Source: Candidatus Nomurabacteria bacterium (lineage in GTDB: Bacteria; Patescibacteriota; Minisyncoccia; Phycocordibacterales; UBA9973). Taken from it: a stretch of DNA of 64,000 nt. The stretch is from assembly GCA_023898605.1 (NCBI GenBank), contig CP060230.1, positions 387,697-451,696 of the forward strand. Reading direction: 5' to 3'. The notes below the pieces were generated by a model. The model did not search any database and was not told the DNA's origin. It was given only the letters and a program-made list of their open reading frames with translations. How positions within the stretch are numbered: position 1 is the first letter of the stretch; every line of letters starts with the position of its first letter. Positions 1-9,683 of this stretch are shown here, piece by piece. A program made the position numbers and the translations under genes.

Positions 1-42
1 CCTCTGGTTTCCCTAGAGGTGTTTTTCGAGAGACTGGTGAGA

Positions 43-726
43 TTATCTCATCATGTCGTTTTTGACGCTTTCGATTGCTCTTGCAGCTGCATCTCTTCCA
101 CCAAGACCAAACGCTAGACCTCCTGCGATAGCAAGCATAGCGATGATACCTGTGAATAGAATTTGCATGAATTGTACTGCAACACCTAGTTCAGAAAGAA
201 CTATGATGAAAGCAAATACCCAGATAGCGTATTTTGTAACACTACCTAGCATATGAGCAGATCTTACTCTTGCTGCCTTTGCACCTCCAACAACAACTCT
301 TTCCATAAAGTCAGAGATAACAGTAGCTGCTAGAAGAACTAGAGCTGCTATTATTACGTTTGGAAGGTAACCTAGGACAACATCTCTTAGGAATCCGTTT
401 ACTTCTGTAAGGCCGATTATCTCAAGTGATGTCATCAAGAATACGATAACAACAAACCACTTTACTAGTCCTCCTAGAAGTCCGCTTGCTGTTATGTTTA
501 GACCTGATCTTTGTGAGATCTCATTTAGACCAGTAGAAGAAAGTGCCTTGTCTATTTTTAGAGCACTTATAAGCTGAGAAACAGCGTTTCCTACTAGTTT
601 TCCAACAATCCATCCAACGATGAAGATAAGGATGGCTACGATAAGGCTAGGGATGAAAGATACAACTCCGATCCACAAGCTCTGAAGTGATGCTACGAAT
701 ACATCTCCCCAATTTGTTAACAACAT
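43..726 (-). CDS. integral membrane protein with repeated conserved TM-helix segments (MscS-associated TM-helix type)
   Basis: 227-aa ORF with four or more hydrophobic helices and a G/A-rich repeated pattern; no catalytic motif. Confidence 0.4.
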   Translation of the reverse strand: MLLTNWGDVFVASLQSLWIGVVSFIPSLIVAILIFIVGWIVGKLVGNAVSQLISALKIDKALSSTGLNEISQRSGLNITASGLLGGLVKWFVVIVFLMTSLEIIGLTEVNGFLRDVVLGYLPNVIIAALVLLAATVISDFMERVVVGGAKAARVRSAHMLGSVTKYAIWVFAFIIVLSELGVAVQFMQILFTGIIAMLAIAGGLAFGLGGRDAAARAIESVKNDMMR

Positions 727-821
727 ATTTATAAATATTACTAATTAAAGAGTTTTTAAATTCGACCTACAATAAATTAGGTACTCTATAATTATAGCAT
801 TTTAGGGGGTTAAAATAAGCT

Positions 822-1466
822 TTATGTGGATAACTTGAGGCCGTCTATTATGAACTCGTGCGGAAAGTCGAAAACATCGGCAATTAGTTTATCTCTCATA
901 CTTGCTCTATAGAGAAATTCTTCTGTATCGAAAACGGCATAGGAAATCTCTGTTCCCATGTCTGCTTCTATATCACTTATGATTCTATCTACTATGTTTT
1001 TCTTTAGATTGTCACCAACAACTAACATATCTATATCGTTATCATTGTCTTTCAAGAAAACACCGGAAACAACGAGAGTCTTGACCCTACCTGCCCTTTT
1101 GAACTTACCAGCCATATCTTTTCTAGAAACAGAGTCTTTTTCTATGAGTATTTCTTCTAGTGCATTTTTGTAAACAAAATTTTCATTGAAAAAGTATTGA
1201 TACTTCTTGGAAGTAGCTGGTGCTTTCTTGGATTTTTTCTTTTTTGATTTTACTTTTTTAGTTTTTGTTTTTGAAGGAATAGCTTTTTTCTTGAGAAATC
1301 CGATTGAATACAAAAAGTTTAGCTCTTTTGTGGCTTGTGATGCAGTGATTTTACTTCTATCTCTAACATCTTTCGTTGTGAAAGTTGATTCTTTATTTAG
1401 AAGAAAGAGCCTCATAACTTTCACCCTAGAAGTTCCACCAAATAGTTTTCCTGCGGTATCCATCAC
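822..1466 (-). CDS. hypothetical protein with a lysine-rich low-complexity linker
   Basis: 214-aa ORF with a KTKTKKVKSKKKKSKK linker between two globular parts; no recognisable motif. Confidence 0.3.
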   Translation of the reverse strand: MMDTAGKLFGGTSRVKVMRLFLLNKESTFTTKDVRDRSKITASQATKELNFLYSIGFLKKKAIPSKTKTKKVKSKKKKSKKAPATSKKYQYFFNENFVYKNALEEILIEKDSVSRKDMAGKFKRAGRVKTLVVSGVFLKDNDNDIDMLVVGDNLKKNIVDRIISDIEADMGTEISYAVFDTEEFLYRASMRDKLIADVFDFPHEFIIDGLKLST

Positions 1467-1747
1467 GTACGAAATAGGAAACGTTTTAAACGAGATTTTA
1501 TATATCTCCGCCCCCTACCTGATTTAAGGTATAATTCTCTCGACCTAGCATCATCTTCTGTAAGACATGCTTCATAATAAATAATTTCAAACGGACCACG
1601 ATTTTTTGTATAAGTAGAAACTCCATCATTGTGCTGTTTCAAACGTTTCCGTAAATCAGAAGTATATCCTATGTAAAGCTTGCCACTTTTTTCACTACGA
1701 AGCACATAAGTATAATAGAACTTACGATTATTTCGTACGTGATCCAT
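1463..1747 (-). CDS. GIY-YIG nuclease family protein (short UPF0213-like)
   Basis: YYTYVLRSEKSGKLYIGYTSDLRKRLKQHN matches the GIY-YIG core; 94 aa. Confidence 0.8.
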   Translation of the reverse strand: MDHVRNNRKFYYTYVLRSEKSGKLYIGYTSDLRKRLKQHNDGVSTYTKNRGPFEIIYYEACLTEDDARSRELYLKSGRGRRYIKSRLKRFLFRT

Positions 1748-1789
1748 ATATGCCCCAAGTATACTCCTTTTTAGGTGGATTTCAACACA

Positions 1790-1834
1790 CCAAAAAACAC
1801 CCTAAAATGGGCGTTTTTTGAGTAGTGTTTAGAG
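1790..1834. repeat. 45-bp direct repeat copy 1 (hairpin aaaaacaccc-taaaat-gggcgttttt plus 15 bp)
   Basis: identical to 2516-2560; contains a terminator-like hairpin with a T-run; overlaps the stop codon of the 1829-2488 gene. Confidence 0.85.
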
Positions 1835-2488
1835 ATTTTCTTCTAGAAAAGAATTTATTTTTGAAGGATCAAGACCTTTTTCATAAACTCTAAATGCTTG
1901 TTTCAATGTCTCTCCCCATATTCTGTCTGTATTTTCTGGCACTTTACTTTTTATGCTGGTTTTCTTATCTGAAATAACCTTTTTATATAATTCAAAAATT
2001 TCTGGATGTTTCTTTTCCAAGAAACCAAGATATGCACTAACTGAACTTCTTTTGTCATACCTAGAAGGATATACTGCCGTTTTTGTATTTTCATCCATTA
2101 AACTTTCAAATTCTTCAAATTTATCTTCTTGCAAACCTTCACTTGATAATTCACCAGAATAACTATATTCATTTGCAAGATAAACTTCAAATTCTTGTCC
2201 GATCTTTTCAGAAATAACTTTTGGATCTATTGTTCCAAACTCTTCCATGCAACGTTTTTCAAAATTATCCATATCTTCTTCTAAGTCTTCTCCGTAAGAC
2301 TCCCAAGAGTTATCTATTGGTTCTGTGATTTCTGTAGAAGTATTATTGTGATTCATTTCGTAATCTTCTTTTACATCATCTGGAACCATATCCAACTCTT
2401 CTACTCCATTTCTACCAGGACGACCCATTTCTGGGTTTTGCGATATTGAGATGTCCTCCATATTCTCTTTTTTTCTAAAATTAAACAT
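1829..2488 (-). CDS. highly acidic hypothetical protein, bracketed by 45-bp direct repeats
   Basis: 219-aa ORF, strongly D/E-rich, no motif; sits between rplL and the GIY-YIG gene. Confidence 0.5.
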   Translation of the reverse strand: MFNFRKKENMEDISISQNPEMGRPGRNGVEELDMVPDDVKEDYEMNHNNTSTEITEPIDNSWESYGEDLEEDMDNFEKRCMEEFGTIDPKVISEKIGQEFEVYLANEYSYSGELSSEGLQEDKFEEFESLMDENTKTAVYPSRYDKRSSVSAYLGFLEKKHPEIFELYKKVISDKKTSIKSKVPENTDRIWGETLKQAFRVYEKGLDPSKINSFLEENL

Positions 2489-2515
2489 GGATTTATTATA
2501 TCTAAAATTTGAAAA

Positions 2516-2560
2516 ACAAAAAACACCCTAAAATGGGCGTTTTTTGAGTAGTGTTTAGAG
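2516..2560. repeat. 45-bp direct repeat copy 2
   Basis: identical to 1790-1834. Confidence 0.85.
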
Positions 2561-2596
2561 TTAAGTTTACTTTAGTTCAACCTTACCTCCCTAAAT

Positions 2597-2622
2597 CAAA
2601 AGCTCCCACATGGGGAGCTTTT
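2597..2622 (-). terminator. rho-independent terminator downstream of rplL
   Basis: aaaa-gctccc-acatg-gggagc-tttt hairpin with flanking A and T runs, so bidirectional. Confidence 0.6.
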
Positions 2623-2687
2623 GATCGGGCGAACATTTATTTTTACACAAAGTGTTCAAATAAATGTTTTAGCCGGTAAAGTTGAGA

Positions 2688-3221
2688 TTATTTCAATTCA
2701 ACTTTACCTCCTGCTTCTTCTATAGCTTTCTTCATAGCTTCAGCGTCTTCTTTTTTGACACCAGTTTTAAGATCAGAAGGTGCACCATCAACTAGGTCCT
2801 TAGCTTCTTTTAGTCCAAGTCCTAGAGATTCTTTTACAACCTTCATAACTGCGATCTTGTTGTCTCCTGCTGATGCAAGAACAACTGTAAAGTCGCTTTT
2901 CTCTTCTCCTGCGTCGCCTGAAGCAGCTGGTCCAGCTACTGCAACTGCTGCAGCTGATACACCAAATCTGTCTTCGATAGCTTTTACAAGATTGTTTAGT
3001 TCCAAAACAGACATTTTTTCGATCTTTTCGATCAAATCTTTGAATTCTGCTGGTACTTCTTTTTTCTCCCCGCCTTGACCAGCGTCAGTCTGGGCAGGTT
3101 CTGCAGCTGGAGCTGGAGCGGCTTCTTCAGCCTTTGTCTCAGTAGCTTCTGGTGCAGTAGTTTCTGTAGTTTCTTCTGCAGTAGTTTCTTCTACAACATC
3201 ATTTTTTGTTTCTTCTGACAT
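2688..3221 (-). CDS. rplL: 50S ribosomal protein L7/L12 with a roughly 55-aa acidic, Thr/Ala-rich N-terminal extension
   Basis: [34 protein letters not shown] and [10 protein letters not shown] are canonical L12; ATG at 3221 lies 10 nt after the rplJ stop. Confidence 0.9.
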   Translation of the reverse strand: MSEETKNDVVEETTAEETTETTAPEATETKAEEAAPAPAAEPAQTDAGQGGEKKEVPAEFKDLIEKIEKMSVLELNNLVKAIEDRFGVSAAAVAVAGPAASGDAGEEKSDFTVVLASAGDNKIAVMKVVKESLGLGLKEAKDLVDGAPSDLKTGVKKEDAEAMKKAIEEAGGKVELK

Positions 3222-3231
3222 ACTTTTTAGA

Positions 3232-3735
3232 TTACTTAGTTTTTGCTACCTCGTTTAGAGAAATAGCGAGTCTTGTAATAGGTGATGCAAACAAGTTTGC
3301 AATCTGTGCGTATAGAGTGTCTCTTCCAGGAATTTGGGCAACAGCCATCATTTCATCCTTTGGTTTGTAAACACCATCGTACACTCCTCCTAGGATAGAC
3401 ATATTGTCTTTCCACTTTTTGACGAATTCAAATACTTCTTTTGAAGGATCTAGGAGTCCGCCTTCTCCATTGTCACCAAGTTTATAAACGATCGCCATCT
3501 CTCCACCCATTTCTGGCATAGTACCAGAGAATGAACCTTTTTCGAGAGCTTTCTTTAGGATCCTTTTCTTAGCAACTTTGTAAGATATACCCTTTGATCT
3601 TAGTGTGCTTCTTAGTTCACTAGTTCTTCCAGCATCAAGGTTATTGAAGCCAACAAAAACTATAGACTTAGAATCGCTCACTACGTCTCCGAGACTATCA
3701 AACAATTTTGTTTTTCTTTCTTTTGTTAAAGCCAT
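3232..3735 (-). CDS. rplJ: 50S ribosomal protein L10
   Basis: [15 protein letters not shown] and [14 protein letters not shown] are L10-like; I prefer the internal ATG at 3733-3735 over the track start at 3792. Confidence 0.85.
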   Translation of the reverse strand: MALTKERKTKLFDSLGDVVSDSKSIVFVGFNNLDAGRTSELRSTLRSKGISYKVAKKRILKKALEKGSFSGTMPEMGGEMAIVYKLGDNGEGGLLDPSKEVFEFVKKWKDNMSILGGVYDGVYKPKDEMMAVAQIPGRDTLYAQIANLFASPITRLAISLNEVAKTK

Positions 3736-4014
3736 TTTTTCTTTTTTTATATAAAAAAAATAATCGACCAATTGTGGCCGCAAGCGTGTCAAACTCTAAA
3801 GTTATATAGATAGAATTCAACCTAGGTCGGTCCTATTCCCTCGAATATCTCGGGATGCCAACTGTCTACGGCTAACGAGTATTAGATTATCACAAAAATT
3901 ATTTTTAGCAAGAGCCTAAAACTAGCTAGGATTTACCAGTATTATAAACACGACAGTAACCAAGATTATCAGGCAAAAAAATATGATTCTTTTTATTAGG
4001 TGGTTCATGTTTTA
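3736..4014 (-). promoter_or_regulatory. long 5' leader of rplJ, candidate L10(L12)4 autoregulatory leader plus promoter
   Basis: roughly 280 nt non-coding upstream of rplJ with a TTGACA hexamer and GC-rich segments in AT-rich context; no rplK/rplA upstream. Confidence 0.25.
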
Positions 4015-5526
4015 CTAATCTTTAATCCTATAAACTTTTTCTCCTATCGATAGACCCTCTATTACTTCTACATATGTTTCATCTCCCAAAGAGCCGAGTT
4101 TTATGTCCCTTGTTTTCTTACCATTGTCTACATAAACATATGAAGTAGTACCATCATAGTAAACAGAGTCTCTTGGTATAGAAAGTACGCCATCTTCTGT
4201 GTCGATGTTGATCGATAGCGTTGCTGTCATACCAGGTTTTATATTTATATCTTCAGAGTCAACAAAAATCTTTACAACATAGTTCACCACATTGTTTTCT
4301 GGTGTAGGAGAAGAGTCGACAGACACCACATGTCCTTCGAAAGAATCTCCTGGAAGTGCATCGAGAGAAATAACCACACCCTGCCCTTCTCTTATATGAG
4401 AAACACTAGATTCGTTTATCTTTGCTTCTATATATAGATTCTCTTCGTCTAGAAGTGAAACTACAGATTCAAAAGACTGCACCAACTCACCTGGCTTGAT
4501 AGAAACTCTAGTAACTTTTCCTGGAACTGGAGCTCTTATGACTCCTTTTTCATAACTAGCGAGTGCTGACTGATAATCTCCTTGTGCAGAAACTAGGTTT
4601 GCATAAGCTATTTTTGTATCGCCATTTGAAGTTTCTTGTTTCTTTATTTCTAGATCAGCCTCAAGTTCTGAGATTGTTTGCTCTCTTGTATTTTGTGCGA
4701 GTATGTATGCATTGTAGTTTGTTGTATAAGAAGAGCTTTTTTTGTTTGGAATAGATATCACCCAGTCTGTATCACTTTCTCCATAAGAAAAGTCATCTGG
4801 AAATTCTATATATAGTCCATATGTTCCAAGAGGTAGCGCCTTACCAGCAACTATACTAACTTCTTCTAAATCTTTCTCTAACCCTGTGTAGTGAAAAGAT
4901 CCATTTGTTGGAGAAGATGTTTTCAAACTTATATATACTTTGTAGTCACCTTCTATCCCACCAGTAAATACTCCTGTTATTGTTGGCGGTGTGTTGGTAG
5001 AAAGTGAAGAAGTTGGAACCGCTTCAAGATCAGAAGAAAGCAGGGTTCTATATGCGTTATCTACTAGTATGTCTTGTCTTGCCTTCTCGTTTTCAAGTTC
5101 TAGTTCTAGCTTTGCGATGTCTTCTCCGCTTGTTATGCTTAGCGCTTGTTCGTATTCTGCTTCTGCTTTGAGTAGTGCACCTCTAGCTTTTGTAAGAGTT
5201 GCGTTCTCTTCTAGAAGTTCTAGTGTTGCGATTATGTCGCCTTCTTTTACAACTGATCCAAGTGGTTTTCTGATCTCATCTACATAACCGCCGACTTGAA
5301 ACGCAAGATCTAGATCAACCTCACTCGTAACTTCTCCTGTCGCTTGTATAAAGTCAGATATAACTCTCTGTGATACAGAGACCTCTTCGAAGCTTTGTTT
5401 CTTGCCAATAACAGAAAAAACAATTACGAGTAATATCGCTGCGCCAAAATAAAAAATCTTCCTATTTCTCGGGGAAAGCGAGGACCAAAAATTCTTCAAA
5501 AAGTTGATATTTAGCTTCTGAATCAT
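4015..5526 (-). CDS. efflux transporter periplasmic adaptor (HlyD/membrane-fusion family)
   Basis: N-terminal TM segment, coiled-coil region (LKAEAEYEQAL, LELENEKARQ), beta-barrel and biotinyl-like segments. Confidence 0.55.
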   Translation of the reverse strand: MIQKLNINFLKNFWSSLSPRNRKIFYFGAAILLVIVFSVIGKKQSFEEVSVSQRVISDFIQATGEVTSEVDLDLAFQVGGYVDEIRKPLGSVVKEGDIIATLELLEENATLTKARGALLKAEAEYEQALSITSGEDIAKLELELENEKARQDILVDNAYRTLLSSDLEAVPTSSLSTNTPPTITGVFTGGIEGDYKVYISLKTSSPTNGSFHYTGLEKDLEEVSIVAGKALPLGTYGLYIEFPDDFSYGESDTDWVISIPNKKSSSYTTNYNAYILAQNTREQTISELEADLEIKKQETSNGDTKIAYANLVSAQGDYQSALASYEKGVIRAPVPGKVTRVSIKPGELVQSFESVVSLLDEENLYIEAKINESSVSHIREGQGVVISLDALPGDSFEGHVVSVDSSPTPENNVVNYVVKIFVDSEDINIKPGMTATLSINIDTEDGVLSIPRDSVYYDGTTSYVYVDNGKKTRDIKLGSLGDETYVEVIEGLSIGEKVYRIKD

Positions 5527-5607
5527 ATTTTATAAAGTGATTATATCACAAAGATTATACTTGAATATCGTTTTGACTAAATCAAGTATAAGTTCTATAG
5601 TTTTGTT

Positions 5608-6891
5608 ATGAATTATTCGAGAAAGTCTTATATATTGCTGGGAGACGCAATTTCTCTAGTTGTGTCGTTTTTTGTGATGATAGCCCTAGGTTTCCCAGGA
5701 TTAGACAAAGAAGAAGTTATAAATCTTCACCAAGGTCCGTTTATCATAATAAGCATACTTTGGCTTATCGTATTTTTCGTATTTAATCTATATGATCAAA
5801 AAAACCTACGTCCGACACCAGCATCTATAGGGTATCTTGGGTTTGCAACATTCCTCGGGACAATGCTCGGAGCGGGGTTATTCTATCTCTTCCCTTCTTT
5901 TGGAATATCTCCAAAGGTTAACCTTCTTATCTTTAGTGCTTCTTCTTTCTTTTTGATAATAATCTGGAGAAGAATATTTTTTAGAATATTTGAAAAAAGT
6001 TTGGTACAAAAAATAGCAATACTTGGAAAAAACCAGCGATCACAAGAAATGATTTCTGAACTAAAAAATTACTCATACCTAGGAAAGATTGTCGGTGAAT
6101 TTGAGACCACAGAAGCTCTCGCAAACTTCTGTCAAAAAAACAAGGTTGATTTTATAGTTATCGTTGAAGATATAAAAGAAGATATAGTAAAAACATTAAA
6201 CGATATAAACCTCCCAGTACTAAGGCTAAAAGATGCTTATGAAGAAATTTTTTCAAAAACTTCTATTGACCTTATGACAAACGAAGACGCTATATCTATT
6301 CTAGAAAAGAAAGATTTAGGAAGAAACTTTTTGTATAGAATTCTAGAGGTTTTGTTTTCAGTACTAATACTAACGGTCACACTACCTATAACAGTTTTGT
6401 TTGGAATATTTATTTTTCTAGAAGATGGTGCTCCTGTTTTCTACAAACAAGACCGTGTAGGTAAAGGTGGCAAAAACTTCAAGGTTATAAAGTTTCGATC
6501 TATGACAAAAAACGCTGAAAGCGCTGGTGCCATGTGGGCAGAGAAAAAAGATCCTAGAGTAACAAAAGTCGGCAAAGTTATAAGAAAACTCCACGTAGAC
6601 GAAATCCCACAAATGATAAATATCATAAAGGGAGATATTGCTCTAGTAGGACCAAGACCAGAAAGGCCAGAATTTGTAGAAAAGCTAAAAGAAGAAATAC
6701 CTTACTACTACATAAGACACGCTATAAAGCCTGGGTTTACAGGGTGGGCGCAGATCAAGTATCGCTACGCTAGAAGCGTCCTAGACTCAAAGGAGAAATT
6801 TGAATACGACCTATATTACCTCAAAAACAAAAGCTTCTTGTTAGATCTTGGAATTATATTAAAAACGATCCAAATAATATTTACTCACTAA
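5608..6891 (+). CDS. polyprenyl-phosphate sugar phosphotransferase (WbaP/bacterial sugar transferase family)
   Basis: N-terminal TM helices plus the C-terminal motif FKFRSM...DEIPQ...GDIALVGPRP. Confidence 0.85.
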   Translation: MNYSRKSYILLGDAISLVVSFFVMIALGFPGLDKEEVINLHQGPFIIISILWLIVFFVFNLYDQKNLRPTPASIGYLGFATFLGTMLGAGLFYLFPSFGISPKVNLLIFSASSFFLIIIWRRIFFRIFEKSLVQKIAILGKNQRSQEMISELKNYSYLGKIVGEFETTEALANFCQKNKVDFIVIVEDIKEDIVKTLNDINLPVLRLKDAYEEIFSKTSIDLMTNEDAISILEKKDLGRNFLYRILEVLFSVLILTVTLPITVLFGIFIFLEDGAPVFYKQDRVGKGGKNFKVIKFRSMTKNAESAGAMWAEKKDPRVTKVGKVIRKLHVDEIPQMINIIKGDIALVGPRPERPEFVEKLKEEIPYYYIRHAIKPGFTGWAQIKYRYARSVLDSKEKFEYDLYYLKNKSFLLDLGIILKTIQIIFTH

Positions 6892-6893
6892 AA

Positions 6894-7814
6894 ATGAAAA
6901 ATAATAATAAAAAAATTGTAATAACGGGCGGTGCTGGATTTATTGGTTCTAATCTTGCAGAAAAATTAGTAGATCTGGGATACAATGTGACTATAGTTGA
7001 TAATCTAAGCCAGGGTAAAAAAGAAAGGTGTCCACATCATTCAAATTTAATAGTTGAAGATATAAAAAACTACAATAAATTACTAGAAATATTTAAAGAC
7101 ACAGACACAGTCTTTCACGTTGCCGCAATCCCACGAGTTCCATATTCTATAGAATATCCGCTTGAAACAAACGAAGCAAATATAACAGGAACTTTAAATG
7201 TTTTAATGGCTGCAAAAGAATCTGGTGTAAGGAGGGTTGTCTATTCAGCATCAAGTTCAGCATATGGTGAGCAAAAAATTATGCCACTAACAGAAGAAAT
7301 GACGCCAAAACCCGTACATCCTTATGGTATACAAAAATACGTGGGAGAGTTATATTGTCGGGTATTTTCTGATATTTACAATTTAGAAACTGTTTGTTTG
7401 AGGTATTTCAACGTATACGGACGACACCAAAACCCCGATGGCCCTTATGCCGGCGTAGTTGTTAAATTTTTAAAAAATAGAAAACTAAACCTTCCATTAA
7501 CTATAGTTGGGGATGGATTACAAAGCAGGGACTTTACACATGTATCAGATGTGGTTAATGCTAATATTCTAGCAATGGAAAGTGCCAACGTTGGAAAAGG
7601 TGAAGTTTTAAATGTGGGATATGGAAAAAATATAACTGTATTAGAATTAGCAAATATGATAGGTGGTGAATTAAAATATGAACCAGAAAGAAAAGAGGCG
7701 AAGCATAGTCTGGCTGATATATCAAAAATAAAAAAACTAATTGGATGGGAGCCAAAAGTAAAAATAGAAGACGGATTAGAAGATTTAAAAAAATCTTTTG
7801 GTATAAAAAATTAA
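6894..7814 (+). CDS. NAD-dependent epimerase/dehydratase (UDP-sugar 4-epimerase-like SDR)
   Basis: VITGGAGFIGSNL Rossmann motif and the PYGIQKYVGE YxxxK catalytic motif. Confidence 0.85.
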   Translation: MKNNNKKIVITGGAGFIGSNLAEKLVDLGYNVTIVDNLSQGKKERCPHHSNLIVEDIKNYNKLLEIFKDTDTVFHVAAIPRVPYSIEYPLETNEANITGTLNVLMAAKESGVRRVVYSASSSAYGEQKIMPLTEEMTPKPVHPYGIQKYVGELYCRVFSDIYNLETVCLRYFNVYGRHQNPDGPYAGVVVKFLKNRKLNLPLTIVGDGLQSRDFTHVSDVVNANILAMESANVGKGEVLNVGYGKNITVLELANMIGGELKYEPERKEAKHSLADISKIKKLIGWEPKVKIEDGLEDLKKSFGIKN

Positions 7815-7817
7815 TTT

Positions 7818-8477
7818 TTATTTTTTGAAATAGGGCTTTCCAAAAGCTGGAAAGTCTCTAATATCTGGAACTTCTTCCCTTTTACTAAAAAAGTCGTATA
7901 TGGCTTTTCTGCAACCATTGAAATCGTGCCAATCATCGATAACTACATATCCACCAGGAGAAACTTGATCGTATAAGTTTTCTAATATATCGGTTGTAGA
8001 AGAATAAAAATCTCCATCCATTCGAAGTATCGCGATCGGGCCAATTTTTTCTTTCCAAACTGGCAAAGTATTTTCAAAGTATCCTTTTACAACTTGTATA
8101 TTTTTTAGATTATATTTTTCTTTCAAAGTCAAAACTATATTTTCGTCTACCGCAAGATCTCCCCCTTTTAGTCCCTTTTTACCGCCACTTTTATGATCAA
8201 CCGTATCTGGCTCTGGCATGCCTTCAAAAGAATCAAACAAAAATACTTTTCTATTTTTATCAATCATTGCCATATACGCACCAGTACCACCCTTCCAACA
8301 ACCTGCTTCAACTATAGCGCCAGGGATAGATTTCTTGTTTATATCTTCTATAAACTTTTCCATTTGAAACAAGCCAGACGGAGTGAGCATGGTATTCTCG
8401 GCAACTTTTCGCATTTTACAGATTTTAAAAATTAGGGACGGGAATCTCAAAATCTCTCTTTTTGTAAGTTTTCTCAT
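7818..8477 (-). CDS. TylF/MycF-family class I SAM-dependent O-methyltransferase
   Basis: GAIVEAGCWKGGTG and LFDSFEGMP match macrocin-O-methyltransferase-like proteins. Confidence 0.6.
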   Translation of the reverse strand: MRKLTKREILRFPSLIFKICKMRKVAENTMLTPSGLFQMEKFIEDINKKSIPGAIVEAGCWKGGTGAYMAMIDKNRKVFLFDSFEGMPEPDTVDHKSGGKKGLKGGDLAVDENIVLTLKEKYNLKNIQVVKGYFENTLPVWKEKIGPIAILRMDGDFYSSTTDILENLYDQVSPGGYVVIDDWHDFNGCRKAIYDFFSKREEVPDIRDFPAFGKPYFKK

Positions 8478-8621
8478 GATATTGAATATACCAATAATAT
8501 CTATTTTGTGGTAGTGTCTGAAACTTTTATATAATTGTATTACCTGAAAATGAAAAACATATTAGCTTCATGACCATACTTGGAAACATCTCTTCTAACT
8601 TCGACAAGATATTTTAAATTA

Positions 8622-9590
8622 TCAACCAAAAGAACTAAATATTTTAAGCCACTCTTGATACATAGACATTGTTGTATAGGGGGTGGTTTTTTGTTTTGTT
8701 AAACTATTTTTTAATAAAATACTTTCCAAATTATCTTTTTTATAAATTAAAACATTATCCTTAATCAAAGGATAATCTTGCAGCCAAGACTTTTCAGAAA
8801 CAAAAACAGGGGTTCCGCAAGCCAGCGCGTCCATGACCACAGTTTGCCCAGAACTATCCGACCCTTTATTTTCTTCATCTGTATACGTGTGGACAATCAC
8901 AGCTCTTGCTTTTTGATACAAAACAATCAAATCCTCAAAAGGGATATTATCTAAAATAACAATATTTGAAGCGTCAGAATTTATTTCAACAACCCTAGAA
9001 TCAACAACAAAAACAAATTGTTTATCAGGGTTTTTTTGAGCAAGGTGCAAGACGCTTTGATTGTCCCTCCCTTCATCACGACCAACAACGAGATAGAAAT
9101 CTTCTCTTGTCGTATGTGTACTTAATCTTTTTTCTATAAAAAGATTATCTATACCGAAATGAATAAACTCTAATTTAGATTTTTTAACCCCGTATCTTTC
9201 AAGAGAAACTTTTTGACTTGTTGAAAAATTTACAATTTTATTAAAAGACATTATTTTTAAAAAAAACCAAAATCTTTTTAACAAACTTTTTTTATTTTTA
9301 ATTGAACGATTTAAATCTATATTTATTAAAATAAATTTCTTCCAAAAAAATACAATTCTTAAAAAAGGCATTTTATTGATCATTTTAGAGAAAACAACAA
9401 TATCTGACTTTAAAATAGCCCAAAATAAATTTCTTTGATTTACAGGTAGTGTACCGACAAACAAATTATGTTCTCCAAGTAGAAAGGGGCTCAAGCCATA
9501 AAAAGTAGTGGCCGAGCCTTTTTTCTGCGCCGCCATATCCAAAGCAATTTGACGTTTTTTACCAAAAACACAAAGAATTCTTTTAGTCAT
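8622..9590 (-). CDS. glycosyltransferase family 1 (GT-B)
   Basis: C-terminal QTVVMDALACGTPVFVS motif; the track start at 9734 overlaps the flippase gene, so the internal ATG (MTKRIL) at 9590 is preferred. Confidence 0.65.
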   Translation of the reverse strand: MTKRILCVFGKKRQIALDMAAQKKGSATTFYGLSPFLLGEHNLFVGTLPVNQRNLFWAILKSDIVVFSKMINKMPFLRIVFFWKKFILINIDLNRSIKNKKSLLKRFWFFLKIMSFNKIVNFSTSQKVSLERYGVKKSKLEFIHFGIDNLFIEKRLSTHTTREDFYLVVGRDEGRDNQSVLHLAQKNPDKQFVFVVDSRVVEINSDASNIVILDNIPFEDLIVLYQKARAVIVHTYTDEENKGSDSSGQTVVMDALACGTPVFVSEKSWLQDYPLIKDNVLIYKKDNLESILLKNSLTKQKTTPYTTMSMYQEWLKIFSSFG

Positions 9591-9683
9591 ACTTATGCAA
9601 ACCATTAAAATAACACTATTAATGTACCATATTGAGTCCTTTTCTTTTAATTTAGACTCGTGTATCTTATAATTTACATATCT

